The notes under the pieces: model-generated
Database searches by the model: none
The model's input: only the letters and a program-made list of their open reading frames with translations
Told to the model about the DNA's origin: nothing
Origin: a virus
Virus record (IMG/VR): IMGVR_UViG_3300028024_000007
Location: 65,650-92,779 of that record
Strand: one strand, 5' to 3'
DNA length: 27,130 nucleotides
Shown: positions 16,433 through 24,229 of the stretch, one piece after another
Position numbering within the stretch: position 1 is the stretch's first letter
How the letters are laid out: each line of letters opens with the position of its first letter
Translations under genes and position numbers: made by a program

Positions 16433-16791
16433 TGGCGAACCAAGTGGAGATGGTGGAGCCGTGGGTGGTCTGTCCGAGCACGGGCCCCGAGGACCCGCTG
16501 GCGGCGGAGTTCGTGGCTACCCAGGATGGCGAATCGGTCATCGAAACGGACGGGAACGATGAGATCATCTTCGCCTCGCTCGAGGTCCGCGAGCTCGTCA
16601 GGCTGGCTCCGAAGATGCTGGCGCTGCTCCGCGACCTCGAGTGGGAAGGTAGCGCGTTCGTGCTGGAGGGAAGTGGCGGCTGTCCGCAGTGCGGCGCGGA
16701 GGGCTCAGCGGAGTATCCCGGTAAGCATGAGGACGGGTGCGTGCTCGCCGAGATCTTGAACGCCGTGGACGCCGTCCGAAAAGGGACCTGA
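16432..16791 (+). CDS. Hypothetical protein with CxxC
   Basis: TGATG coupling; LAPKMLALL and CPQC...H...C. Confidence 0.65.
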   Translation: MANQVEMVEPWVVCPSTGPEDPLAAEFVATQDGESVIETDGNDEIIFASLEVRELVRLAPKMLALLRDLEWEGSAFVLEGSGGCPQCGAEGSAEYPGKHEDGCVLAEILNAVDAVRKGT

Positions 16792-17684
16792 TGGCGAAGC
16801 GCATCGCTCTCCCTGTCGAGCTCGTCGGCATGGCCGTGATCGCGAGTGTGAGCGGCGGCAAGGACTCGACCGCGCTCCTTCTGGCGCTGCGTGAGGAGGG
16901 CATCCCGCATCGGGCCGTGTTCGCTGATACGGGGTGGGAGGCGCCGGAGACATACGCCTATCTCGACCTGCTGCGCACCCGGATGGGGCTCGCCATTGAC
17001 GTGGTCGGAACGCCAGGCGGGATGGAGGCGAAGATCCGAGCGCGGGCTGGGTTCCCGGGCCGGATGCAGCGATGGTGCACGCGTGAACTGAAACTGGAAC
17101 CGTTGCGCGCCTACCACGATCGCGTCGAGGAGGAGACCGGCCTCGAGAGCGTCTGCGCGGTCGGCGTGCGCGCGGCCGAGAGCGACGCCCGGGCAAAGAT
17201 GCCGGAGCTCGAAGACGAGCCGGACGGGCCGCGGTCGTGGGGCGGATGGGTGTGGCGGCCGCTCATCCGCTGGACGGTCGAGGACGTGATCGGCATGCAC
17301 AACCGGCACGGCATCCCGGTCAACCCGCTCTACCAGCGCGGTCACAACCGGGTCGGCTGCTTCCCGTGCATCTACGCGGGCAAGGAGGAGATCGCGCTGG
17401 TGGCCGAGCACGCGCCAGAGAAGATCGACCAGATCGCGGCGCTCGAGGTCGAGATGACGGCCCTGCGCGCTGAGCGAAACGCCGCCGAGCCGGAGCGCTA
17501 CAAACACCCGGAGGCGACGTTTTTCATGGCTCGGCATGGCGTCGAGCCGATGGACATTCGCGCCGTCGTCGATTGGTCGCGCACGTCGCGCGGAGGACGG
17601 CAGCTGAAGCTCTTGGCCGATCCGCCGCAGGGAGGGTGCATGCGCTGGGGGATCTGCGACACGCCCTCCGAAGAAGCGCCCTGA
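16791..17684 (+). CDS. PAPS reductase family (PP-loop) protein
   Basis: SGGKDS, DTGWE, RWCT..LK, GVRAAES..R, PLIRW, NPLY..G..RVGCFPC. Confidence 0.88.
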   Translation: MAKRIALPVELVGMAVIASVSGGKDSTALLLALREEGIPHRAVFADTGWEAPETYAYLDLLRTRMGLAIDVVGTPGGMEAKIRARAGFPGRMQRWCTRELKLEPLRAYHDRVEEETGLESVCAVGVRAAESDARAKMPELEDEPDGPRSWGGWVWRPLIRWTVEDVIGMHNRHGIPVNPLYQRGHNRVGCFPCIYAGKEEIALVAEHAPEKIDQIAALEVEMTALRAERNAAEPERYKHPEATFFMARHGVEPMDIRAVVDWSRTSRGGRQLKLLADPPQGGCMRWGICDTPSEEAP

Positions 17685-18082
17685 TGGCGAAGCCCGCGCC
17701 CGCGAAGACGTTCGCGACCTACTCTCCGAGCTCGTCCATCTGGACTCCGATCTACGAACTGACGAAGGAGTTCGTGACCTGGGAGGTGCTCTGCCCCGGG
17801 TGCCTGAAGGACTTCGTCTCCCGGCGCTGGACGCCGAAGGCGGTCGGGCTCGCGCCCCAGAAGTGTCTCCGCTGCGCTGCCCGCGCGGCCAACAAGCAAA
17901 CCCAGGAGGTCCCCCGTGCCCAGACGACCGAGCCCGAAGAAGCCCGACCGAACCACGATTCGGAACGCCGTCCCGCTGACCCTGCACCCGCGCCGGCCGG
18001 AGGACCTGCTCTCCGCCTGCAACCTGTGCGGCGTGCCGGGCCCGCTCGACAAAAACCCGCAGCGCGAGCACGACGAGCATGA
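17684..18082 (+). CDS. Hypothetical zinc-ribbon protein; 3' end overlaps the next gene
   Basis: TGATG coupling; CPGC and CLRC. Confidence 0.55.
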   Translation: MAKPAPAKTFATYSPSSSIWTPIYELTKEFVTWEVLCPGCLKDFVSRRWTPKAVGLAPQKCLRCAARAANKQTQEVPRAQTTEPEEARPNHDSERRPADPAPAPAGGPALRLQPVRRAGPARQKPAARARRA

Positions 18083-18404
18083 CGTCCCGGTCGAGGGCGA
18101 CGGGGCCCTCGTGTTCCTGGGTGAGCGCCCGGCGCACGTGCTCTGCCACCAGCTACTGGAGGACCACCCGCGGCTCTACGCGCGGGTCCGCGGGAACCCC
18201 GGGCACCTGCCGGTGCTCTGCGGCCCGTGCGTCTGGCGGAGCGGGCTCGGGTGCCGGCACCCGGACCTGAAGTCGAACGGCGGTCGCGGCCTGAACGTCG
18301 GGTTGACCAACGGCCTGCCGCCGAACGCCATCATCTGCCCGCCGCCTAAGATCGTGCCGTGGGCGGTGTCCTGCTCTGGGTTCGCTGACGCGGGTGAGTC
18401 GTGA
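17916..18404 (+). CDS. Cys/His-rich hypothetical protein
   Basis: RBS AACCCAGGAGG before GTG; CNLC, CGPC; high GC3. Confidence 0.65.
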   Translation: MPRRPSPKKPDRTTIRNAVPLTLHPRRPEDLLSACNLCGVPGPLDKNPQREHDEHDVPVEGDGALVFLGERPAHVLCHQLLEDHPRLYARVRGNPGHLPVLCGPCVWRSGLGCRHPDLKSNGGRGLNVGLTNGLPPNAIICPPPKIVPWAVSCSGFADAGES

Positions 18405-18718
18405 GGCTCCGCGGGACGCCGCTGCAGCGCGCTCGTGATCTCGTCGAGGCGGCGATGCACGATATCATCCATGAGTGGGACGAGTGGCACGACAGGGGCA
18501 GCGTGTTGCCGCGCGGCGAGCTGGAGCTGCAACTAGACTGCGAGTCGACCAGCTATGTGCTGGTGGTCAAAGTCTACCCGGAAGAAGAGTCGTACTTCGC
18601 TGGCGACATCGTCACGGCGCTGGAACCCGTCCTCAAGCTCCACGGCGTGAACCGTGTCGAAGTGAGGTCGAGCTTTGCGAAGAGCGAGACGCTGTCCTAC
18701 GAGGACGACGCGGAGTGA
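18401..18718 (+). CDS. Hypothetical protein
   Basis: GTGA overlaps at both ends. Confidence 0.65.
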   Translation: MRLRGTPLQRARDLVEAAMHDIIHEWDEWHDRGSVLPRGELELQLDCESTSYVLVVKVYPEEESYFAGDIVTALEPVLKLHGVNRVEVRSSFAKSETLSYEDDAE

Positions 18719-20109
18719 GCGACCACGCGGAGGGTGGCGCGCGGCGCCCGGTCAGGAAGGTCGCGCCGAGCAACGGGCAGGCGGAGATGGCGGTGCTCGG
18801 CGCGATCATCCTGTCCCCGGACCGTTTCCACGAGGTGGCGGGTCTCGTGCGCACGGACGACTTCCTGATCCCCGCGCACCGGGAGATCTGGGACGCGTTC
18901 GTCCACGTCGACGCGGAGAAGAAGGCGCTCGACGTCATCGGCATCGCCGACGCCCTCCGCGATCGGCAGGTGACCGCGCGTCTCCCGGAAGGGGAGATGT
19001 ACTTGCTGAAGCTCACGAACGCGGTGTCGACCGCGGAGAACGTGATGCACTACGCGCGCATAGTCCGCGCAAAGTCCGAGCTGCGCCAGCTCATCGCGGT
19101 GTGCACGGAGACGGCGAGCCGCGCGTACGCCGCTGACGATCCGGAGGAGCTCGCCGCAGACTGCCTGGCGAAGCTCGAGAAGATCGGCGCATACGCCAGG
19201 ACGGGTGGACCGTCGCGGATCGGGAAGATGGTGAACGACGTGGTCGACGAAGTCGAGAAGCGCGGCGACAAGCCGTCCGGCGCGTACGTGAAGATCGGAC
19301 TCTCCGCGTACGACGCGATGTACTGCGGCCTCCCCGCCGGCAGCCTCGTCATCGTCGCGCAGAGACCAGGCGGAGGTAAGACAGGGTTCGTCGTCTCGAC
19401 GCTCATCCGCATGGGCATCAACGGCGTGCCGACGCTACTGTTCTCGCAGGAGATGAATAAGCAGCGCATCGTGGAGCGAGCGCTGTCGTTCACCTCGCGC
19501 ATCGATGCGCGCAAGTTCAGGCGCGGCACGATCGAGCGCGGCGACTGGAAGGACGTGCACCGCGGGAGCAAGGTCCTCTTCGACCTCCCGCTCGACATCG
19601 ACGACCGGACAGACCTGACGGCGGAGCTCATCCGCGCGGAGATCCGTCGCTGGTGCTACCGCGTCGATCGCGAGGCCGCGCAGCAAGGGAAGGAGCGCCC
19701 GCTGAAGGTCGTCGCCATCGACTCGATGTCGCTGACGGTCCCGGAGAAACCAGGGAAGAACCGCATGGACGACGTGACGAAGATGAGCCGCGAGTTCAAG
19801 AACCTGGCGCAGGGGCTGAACGTCACCATCATCCTCATCGTCCACCTGTCGCGCGAGATCGAAAAGGGCAAGAAGCCGCGCAAGCCGAAGCTCTCCGACC
19901 TGCGCGAGAGTGGCGCGCTCGAGCAGGACGCGGACGTGGTGATCTTCCCCTGGCGCGAGCCGGGGACGCGCTCGGCGGGCGGGGGTCCTGTGGAGGCGCT
20001 CCTGCTCGTCCCGAAGGCCAGGGACGACGTTGAGGGCGGGGAGATCCCCGTCCAGTGGGACGGTCGGTTCACCGCTTTCTACGACGCGCCGGAAGACCCG
20101 GGGGTCTGA
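18715..20109 (+). CDS. dnaB: DnaB-like replicative helicase
   Basis: AEMAVLGAII, DFLIPAHREI, QRPGGGKT, FSQEM, LSDLRESGALEQDADVV. Confidence 0.93.
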   Translation: MSDHAEGGARRPVRKVAPSNGQAEMAVLGAIILSPDRFHEVAGLVRTDDFLIPAHREIWDAFVHVDAEKKALDVIGIADALRDRQVTARLPEGEMYLLKLTNAVSTAENVMHYARIVRAKSELRQLIAVCTETASRAYAADDPEELAADCLAKLEKIGAYARTGGPSRIGKMVNDVVDEVEKRGDKPSGAYVKIGLSAYDAMYCGLPAGSLVIVAQRPGGGKTGFVVSTLIRMGINGVPTLLFSQEMNKQRIVERALSFTSRIDARKFRRGTIERGDWKDVHRGSKVLFDLPLDIDDRTDLTAELIRAEIRRWCYRVDREAAQQGKERPLKVVAIDSMSLTVPEKPGKNRMDDVTKMSREFKNLAQGLNVTIILIVHLSREIEKGKKPRKPKLSDLRESGALEQDADVVIFPWREPGTRSAGGGPVEALLLVPKARDDVEGGEIPVQWDGRFTAFYDAPEDPGV

Positions 20110-20176
20110 CGGCCAATATAGACTGCGAACCCCGGCCGCCGCCCGCGGACAGGGACCCAACCCAGGAGGAGTGACG

Positions 20177-20740
20177 ATGTCGTACCCACCAGAACCACCA
20201 GAGCCGAATCCCGAAGAGGAAGAGCAGTACCACGAGGAGCGCGTCGCGAAGGAGTCCTCAGGCGTGACCATCACGGGCCTCTCGGAGGAGGCCGTCCAGT
20301 CCGCGATCCGCGGCGTCCTCGAGTCGCAGTACAACCTGTGCGACCGCTACGAGCGGATGCTCGTGGAGCGCCTGGACAAGAAGGTCGGTGAGATCTCCGC
20401 GGCCTCTGCCAGAGAGGCGGTCGGCGCTGCGGTGGAGCGGGTCCTCGATCAGGGGATCCCGGAGTTCGACAGCTACACCGGTAAGGAGAAGTCGCGCACG
20501 ACGATCTCCCAAATGATCGAGAAGGAACTGATGGCGAAGTTCCGGGACTCGTACGAGACCCGCGGGTCCGCCGGCCTGACGATCTTGGAGGTCATGATCA
20601 AGAAGAAGATCGACGCCCTGTTCGACAAGGAGTTCAACGTCATCGTCGCGGAGGCCAAGAAGAAGTTCTCCGCGCAGGTCGACTCGGTCGTCATGGCGAA
20701 GCTCGCGGAGACCCTGAAGGGCGCGCTCGGCCTGCGCTGA
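20177..20740 (+). CDS. Hypothetical helical protein
   Basis: RBS AACCCAGGAGG; high GC3. Confidence 0.8.
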   Translation: MSYPPEPPEPNPEEEEQYHEERVAKESSGVTITGLSEEAVQSAIRGVLESQYNLCDRYERMLVERLDKKVGEISAASAREAVGAAVERVLDQGIPEFDSYTGKEKSRTTISQMIEKELMAKFRDSYETRGSAGLTILEVMIKKKIDALFDKEFNVIVAEAKKKFSAQVDSVVMAKLAETLKGALGLR

Positions 20741-20774
20741 ACCGGCGTCGGCCAACACAGAAGACGGAGACGAG

Positions 20775-21275
20775 ATGCTCAAGTTTACGATCACGATTGA
20801 GGCCGGCGACCCCGGCGAGGTGGGCCGCTGGGTCGGCGCCGCGCTGGCGGCGGTCGAGAGGGGAGTCTGCGATGGCAAGGCGTCGGAGGGCGCGGCGGCG
20901 CCGGCAGCTGCACGTGGTCTACCGCGGGAGGATGAACCGGCTGGCGCGCCGGCGCACGCTCCAGTGGCTCAGCAGCGCGCAGGGTATCCGGTGGAAGGCG
21001 GCGCAGGCAGAGATGCTCCTGGGGCTCCTGTTCCGGGACGCCCTGTTCTCGCGCCTGCTGTCCCGCGAGCCGATCCCTCCCGGTACGCCACCGCCACCAC
21101 GATGCTGAAGCTCCTGAAGCTCCTGCAGTCGGACGGGTACATCACGCACGACGCCATCCTGGCGCGCGCCGAGGAACTCCACCGCGGGAGGACGGTGCCG
21201 GTGCTGGCCATGATCCCCGCCGAGGACCTGACCGACCGGGTGGCGGTCGCCTGCGACTCGCTGGGGATCGACTGA
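20775..21275 (+). CDS. Hypothetical protein with a Pro/Ala-rich centre
   Basis: GGAG RBS; ends have normal GC3 but the centre does not (see nested ORF). Confidence 0.55.
   Translation: MLKFTITIEAGDPGEVGRWVGAALAAVERGVCDGKASEGAAAPAAARGLPREDEPAGAPAHAPVAQQRAGYPVEGGAGRDAPGAPVPGRPVLAPAVPRADPSRYATATTMLKLLKLLQSDGYITHDAILARAEELHRGRTVPVLAMIPAEDLTDRVAVACDSLGID
20872..21108 (+). CDS. Nested +1-frame ORF: 78-aa Arg-rich protein
   Basis: GAGAGGGGAG RBS; 55 of 57 codons G/C-ending over 20905-21075 (hand count). Confidence 0.55.
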   Translation: MARRRRARRRRQLHVVYRGRMNRLARRRTLQWLSSAQGIRWKAAQAEMLLGLLFRDALFSRLLSREPIPPGTPPPPRC

Positions 21276-21748
21276 TGGCCGCCCCGGTGAGGCCCCCGGC
21301 CACGACCGAAGCCGACGTGAAGAACGCGGTGTCCATCCGCGCCGACGTCCAGCTGGAGTACATCCAGCTCCCGTCGATCTTGGCCCGGTGGGGGAGCGAG
21401 CGCGTGGCCCTCGCGAAGGCCCAGCGCCTGGCGGAACTGGATCTCGAGGTGGTGAAGGCGTCCGCGAAGAAGACGGCCAAGGAGGCGCGCCTGGCGGAGG
21501 TCGAGGCCGCCGGGAAGGACTCGAAGCTGAAGCCGCTCTCCGAGGACGCGGCGGACGATGCCGTGACGCTCTCGGCGGAGTACCGCCAGGCGCGCCTCCG
21601 GGTCATCGACGCGACGGAGCGCAAGGAGCAGGCGCAGGTGATGGTGGACGCGGTCGCCGCGAAGAAGGACATGCTCGTCTCCCTCGGCGCGGACCTCCGC
21701 GCCGAGAAGGAAGCGGACCCCTCGATCCGAGACCGACGCCCGCGGTAG
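21275..21748 (+). CDS. UvsY-like recombination mediator (coiled-coil)
   Basis: All-helical 157 aa with LSEDAADDAV..SAEY and KKDMLVSLGADLRAE; lies upstream of the SSB and RecA genes. Confidence 0.6.
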   Translation: MAAPVRPPATTEADVKNAVSIRADVQLEYIQLPSILARWGSERVALAKAQRLAELDLEVVKASAKKTAKEARLAEVEAAGKDSKLKPLSEDAADDAVTLSAEYRQARLRVIDATERKEQAQVMVDAVAAKKDMLVSLGADLRAEKEADPSIRDRRPR

Positions 21749-21755
21749 TTAGCTT

Positions 21756-21888
21756 TCTCCCCTCGCCGGTAAGGGTGCGGCCGACCCAGGATGGTCCTGG
21801 GTCGGGGCAAGACCGCCTCCTGGGTTCCGGGGATCCTCGCGCGCCGGTCCGCGAGCACGAGGGGGGAGTCCGAGGCCGGCCTTATTTT
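21756..21888 (+). ncRNA. Candidate structured RNA or leader containing an anti-RBS segment
   Basis: Closing stem CTCCCCTCG/CGAGGGGGGAG, perfect 11-bp hairpin 21781-21805, CTCGCG/CGCGAG hairpin, and CCTCCTGGGTTC at 21816-21827. Confidence 0.5.
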
Positions 21889-21938
21889 CAACACGCAACA
21901 CGAACCACCAAAACACGCAGCACGAGGAGACGAACCAC

Positions 21939-23054
21939 ATGGCACGCAAGGGAGCAGCATCGAAGGCGGAGAACCAGGCCGGTGACCCGGAGGAGAAGGC
22001 GCTCGCGCCGGCCGCGCCTGCGGCGGTAGCCGAGGCGACGGCGGAGACGGACTGGGAGCCGGCCGACCCGGACTGGGTCCGCGAGGACTACGCCGACTAC
22101 GAGGAGAGCGCGGCCGAGCGGCGCCGCGCCGGCGCCGTGACGAAGCCGGAGAAGGGCAAGACGACCTGGCGGCCCCTCCCGCCGATCAAGGGGACCAAGC
22201 GCCTCTTCGGGCGCATCTGGACCCACAGCGTGAACAACGAGGTGCTGAACCGGATCACGCAGATCCTGGCGGCGCTCCCGGACGTCCCGCGCAAGGAGAT
22301 CGCCGACGCATTGAAGGTGTTCGACCTGGTGGAGTCGCACCTGGGGCAGGGGTTCAAGGCGACCGTCTGCCCGAGCAAGATGAGCGACGAGCCGTGCCTC
22401 TACTGCGACCTGGTCGCGCAGCTCTACAAGCTGGCCCGCGCGACGAAGGCGCTGGGCGCGGCGGCCGAGCTCGCCAAGGAGATCGGGTCCAAGGAGGAGA
22501 TCTTCGTGAACGCCGTCCGCCTGGACAAGAAGGAGGAGATGGACCGCGGCCCCCGCGCGCTGCAGCTGACCATCGGCCTCTACGAGAAGATGAACCGGAT
22601 CTGGAAGGAGCCCGAGACGGCCGAGCTGCTCGGCGGGGACTTCTCCCACCCGGAGACCGGGTTCAACCTGATCATCGACCGCATCGAGACCGGGAAGGAC
22701 ATCAAGATCGGGAACAAGTCCGTGAAGGAGACGAAGTACGAGATCTCCCCGTCGCGCCAGCGGACGAAGCTCCCGAACTACGACTGGCTGAAGCACATGC
22801 ACGACCTCACGAAGATCCGCGACCTGCCGGACGACGTGACCACGCGCGGGATCCTGGAGGGCGACGGGTCCGCCCCTGCCAAGGCCGACCCGAACGACCC
22901 GGACGAGCGCGCGTTCGGCGGCGGCCCGGCCCCGGCCCAGCGCCAGGTGGCCTCCCGCCCCGCCGGCAACGACGAGGACTGGATGGAAGACCCGGCGAAC
23001 CCCGGCGTCTTCGACTACCGCCGCAACCTCCGCGCGTCGGGGCGCTCGGTCTAG
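21939..23054 (+). CDS. T4 gp32-like single-stranded DNA-binding protein
   Basis: KGKTTWRPLPP, H...CPSK...PCLYCD zinc site, FVNAV, DFSHPETGFNLII, TKY; GAGGAG RBS. Confidence 0.75.
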   Translation: MARKGAASKAENQAGDPEEKALAPAAPAAVAEATAETDWEPADPDWVREDYADYEESAAERRRAGAVTKPEKGKTTWRPLPPIKGTKRLFGRIWTHSVNNEVLNRITQILAALPDVPRKEIADALKVFDLVESHLGQGFKATVCPSKMSDEPCLYCDLVAQLYKLARATKALGAAAELAKEIGSKEEIFVNAVRLDKKEEMDRGPRALQLTIGLYEKMNRIWKEPETAELLGGDFSHPETGFNLIIDRIETGKDIKIGNKSVKETKYEISPSRQRTKLPNYDWLKHMHDLTKIRDLPDDVTTRGILEGDGSAPAKADPNDPDERAFGGGPAPAQRQVASRPAGNDEDWMEDPANPGVFDYRRNLRASGRSV

Positions 23055-23072
23055 CCAGAAGCTCTCTGCACG

Positions 23073-23131
23073 GCCCGCGGCGCGCGCCTCCAACACCTCC
23101 TCCAACCGTGGCGGGGGCGCGCGCCGCGGGC
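23073..23131 (+). ncRNA. 19-bp hairpin with a 21-nt C/A-rich loop containing CACCTCCT
   Basis: GCCCGCGGCGCGCGCCTCC / GGGGGCGCGCGCCGCGGGC (one G-U pair); loop AACACCTCCTCCAACCGTGGC. Confidence 0.5.
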
Positions 23132-23159
23132 GGGCGGGGAATCTTCCGGGAATAATCCG

Positions 23160-24212
23160 ATGCCGAAAACTAAGAGCGCGAAGAGGAAGGTCCGGGCTCC
23201 GAAGGCGGAGAAGCCCGAGAAGAAGAAGGACCCGCGGACGCTGACGGAGCGCATGCGCGACGAGGTGCGGAAGCATTTCAACGACGAGTCGGCGGCCGAC
23301 ACGTTCGGCGACGGCGGCTACTCGATGGTCCGCGAGGTCCTCCCCACAGGCATCGAGGTGGTCGACCGGCACGTGGTGGGGATCGGCGGCCTGCCCTACG
23401 GGCGCATCGTCGAGGTCTCCGGGCTCGAGGACACCGGAAAGAGCTCGTTCATCAACGGACTGATCGCGGCCGCCCAGCGTGACGGCGCGACGGCGTCCCT
23501 GGGGGACAGCGAGCGCAAGGTGCAGCCGAACTGGGTGGACACGTTTCGGGTCAGCCGGCCCGACGTCCTGCTCCTGCCGGCCACGACGGTGGAGGAGTGG
23601 ATCGCCTCCGTGATGCTCACGGTCCGGAAGTTCGGGGCCCGGAACAAGCTCGTGTTCATCCTCGACTCGGTCCCGAGCACGACCCCGAAGAAGGCATTCG
23701 AGGAGGACCTGCGCGAGTCTGAGATCCCCGGGGCGATGGCGGCGTCCTGGTCGCGCGGCCTGCGACAGCTGAACAAGCTCATATCCGAGCGTCTGGTCAT
23801 GGTCATCCTCGTGAACCAATTGAGAAGTCGCATCGGAGTGCTCTACGGCCCGACGGAGGAGACCGCCGGGGGGCGCGCGATAAAGCAGTACGCCAGCCTC
23901 CGGCTCTCCCTGACGCACGGACCATCCCACAAGGAGGGGCCGGCTACCACGGGGAAGTGGGTGAAGTTCCGCGCCCAGAAGAACCACCTGGCGAGCGGGT
24001 ACCGGGACGCCATGGCCCTGCTGCACTTCGAGCAGGGATGGGACGACCACAAGACCACGATGCTGTTCGCCCGGAAGGCCGGCGCCGTCGCGTCGTCCTG
24101 CCGCAGCCTGAGGGAGGCCCGCGTCGCCCTCGGGTGGGAGACGAACCCGGAAGCCGCCGACGTCCAGGTGGACCTCGGCGAGGACCCGTCGAAGAAGCCG
24201 GCCAACACGTAA
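23160..24212 (+). CDS. recA: RecA/UvsX-like recombinase
   Basis: GGLPYGRIVEVSGLEDTGKS, DSE, ILDSV, VNQLR, GGRAIKQYASLRL, KN. Confidence 0.93.
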   Translation: MPKTKSAKRKVRAPKAEKPEKKKDPRTLTERMRDEVRKHFNDESAADTFGDGGYSMVREVLPTGIEVVDRHVVGIGGLPYGRIVEVSGLEDTGKSSFINGLIAAAQRDGATASLGDSERKVQPNWVDTFRVSRPDVLLLPATTVEEWIASVMLTVRKFGARNKLVFILDSVPSTTPKKAFEEDLRESEIPGAMAASWSRGLRQLNKLISERLVMVILVNQLRSRIGVLYGPTEETAGGRAIKQYASLRLSLTHGPSHKEGPATTGKWVKFRAQKNHLASGYRDAMALLHFEQGWDDHKTTMLFARKAGAVASSCRSLREARVALGWETNPEAADVQVDLGEDPSKKPANT

Positions 24213-24229
24213 AGTCAGGAGGAGACCAA

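Noticed and set aside
16791-17684. cysH as an auxiliary sulfur-metabolism gene, or a complete dnd system
   Set aside because: Only family-level motifs; no other cys or dnd genes in the window.
21142-21810. Minus-strand TTG ORF preceded by AACCCAGGAGG on the minus strand
   Set aside because: It mirrors the UvsY-like gene, has low-complexity Ser/Ala/Arg content, and no other minus-strand gene is supported. Kept only as the alternative explanation for the anti-RBS motif.
21756-21870. tRNA-like cloverleaf or known riboswitch
   Set aside because: No T-loop TTCGA, D-loop or CCA end, and no aptamer consensus I recognise.
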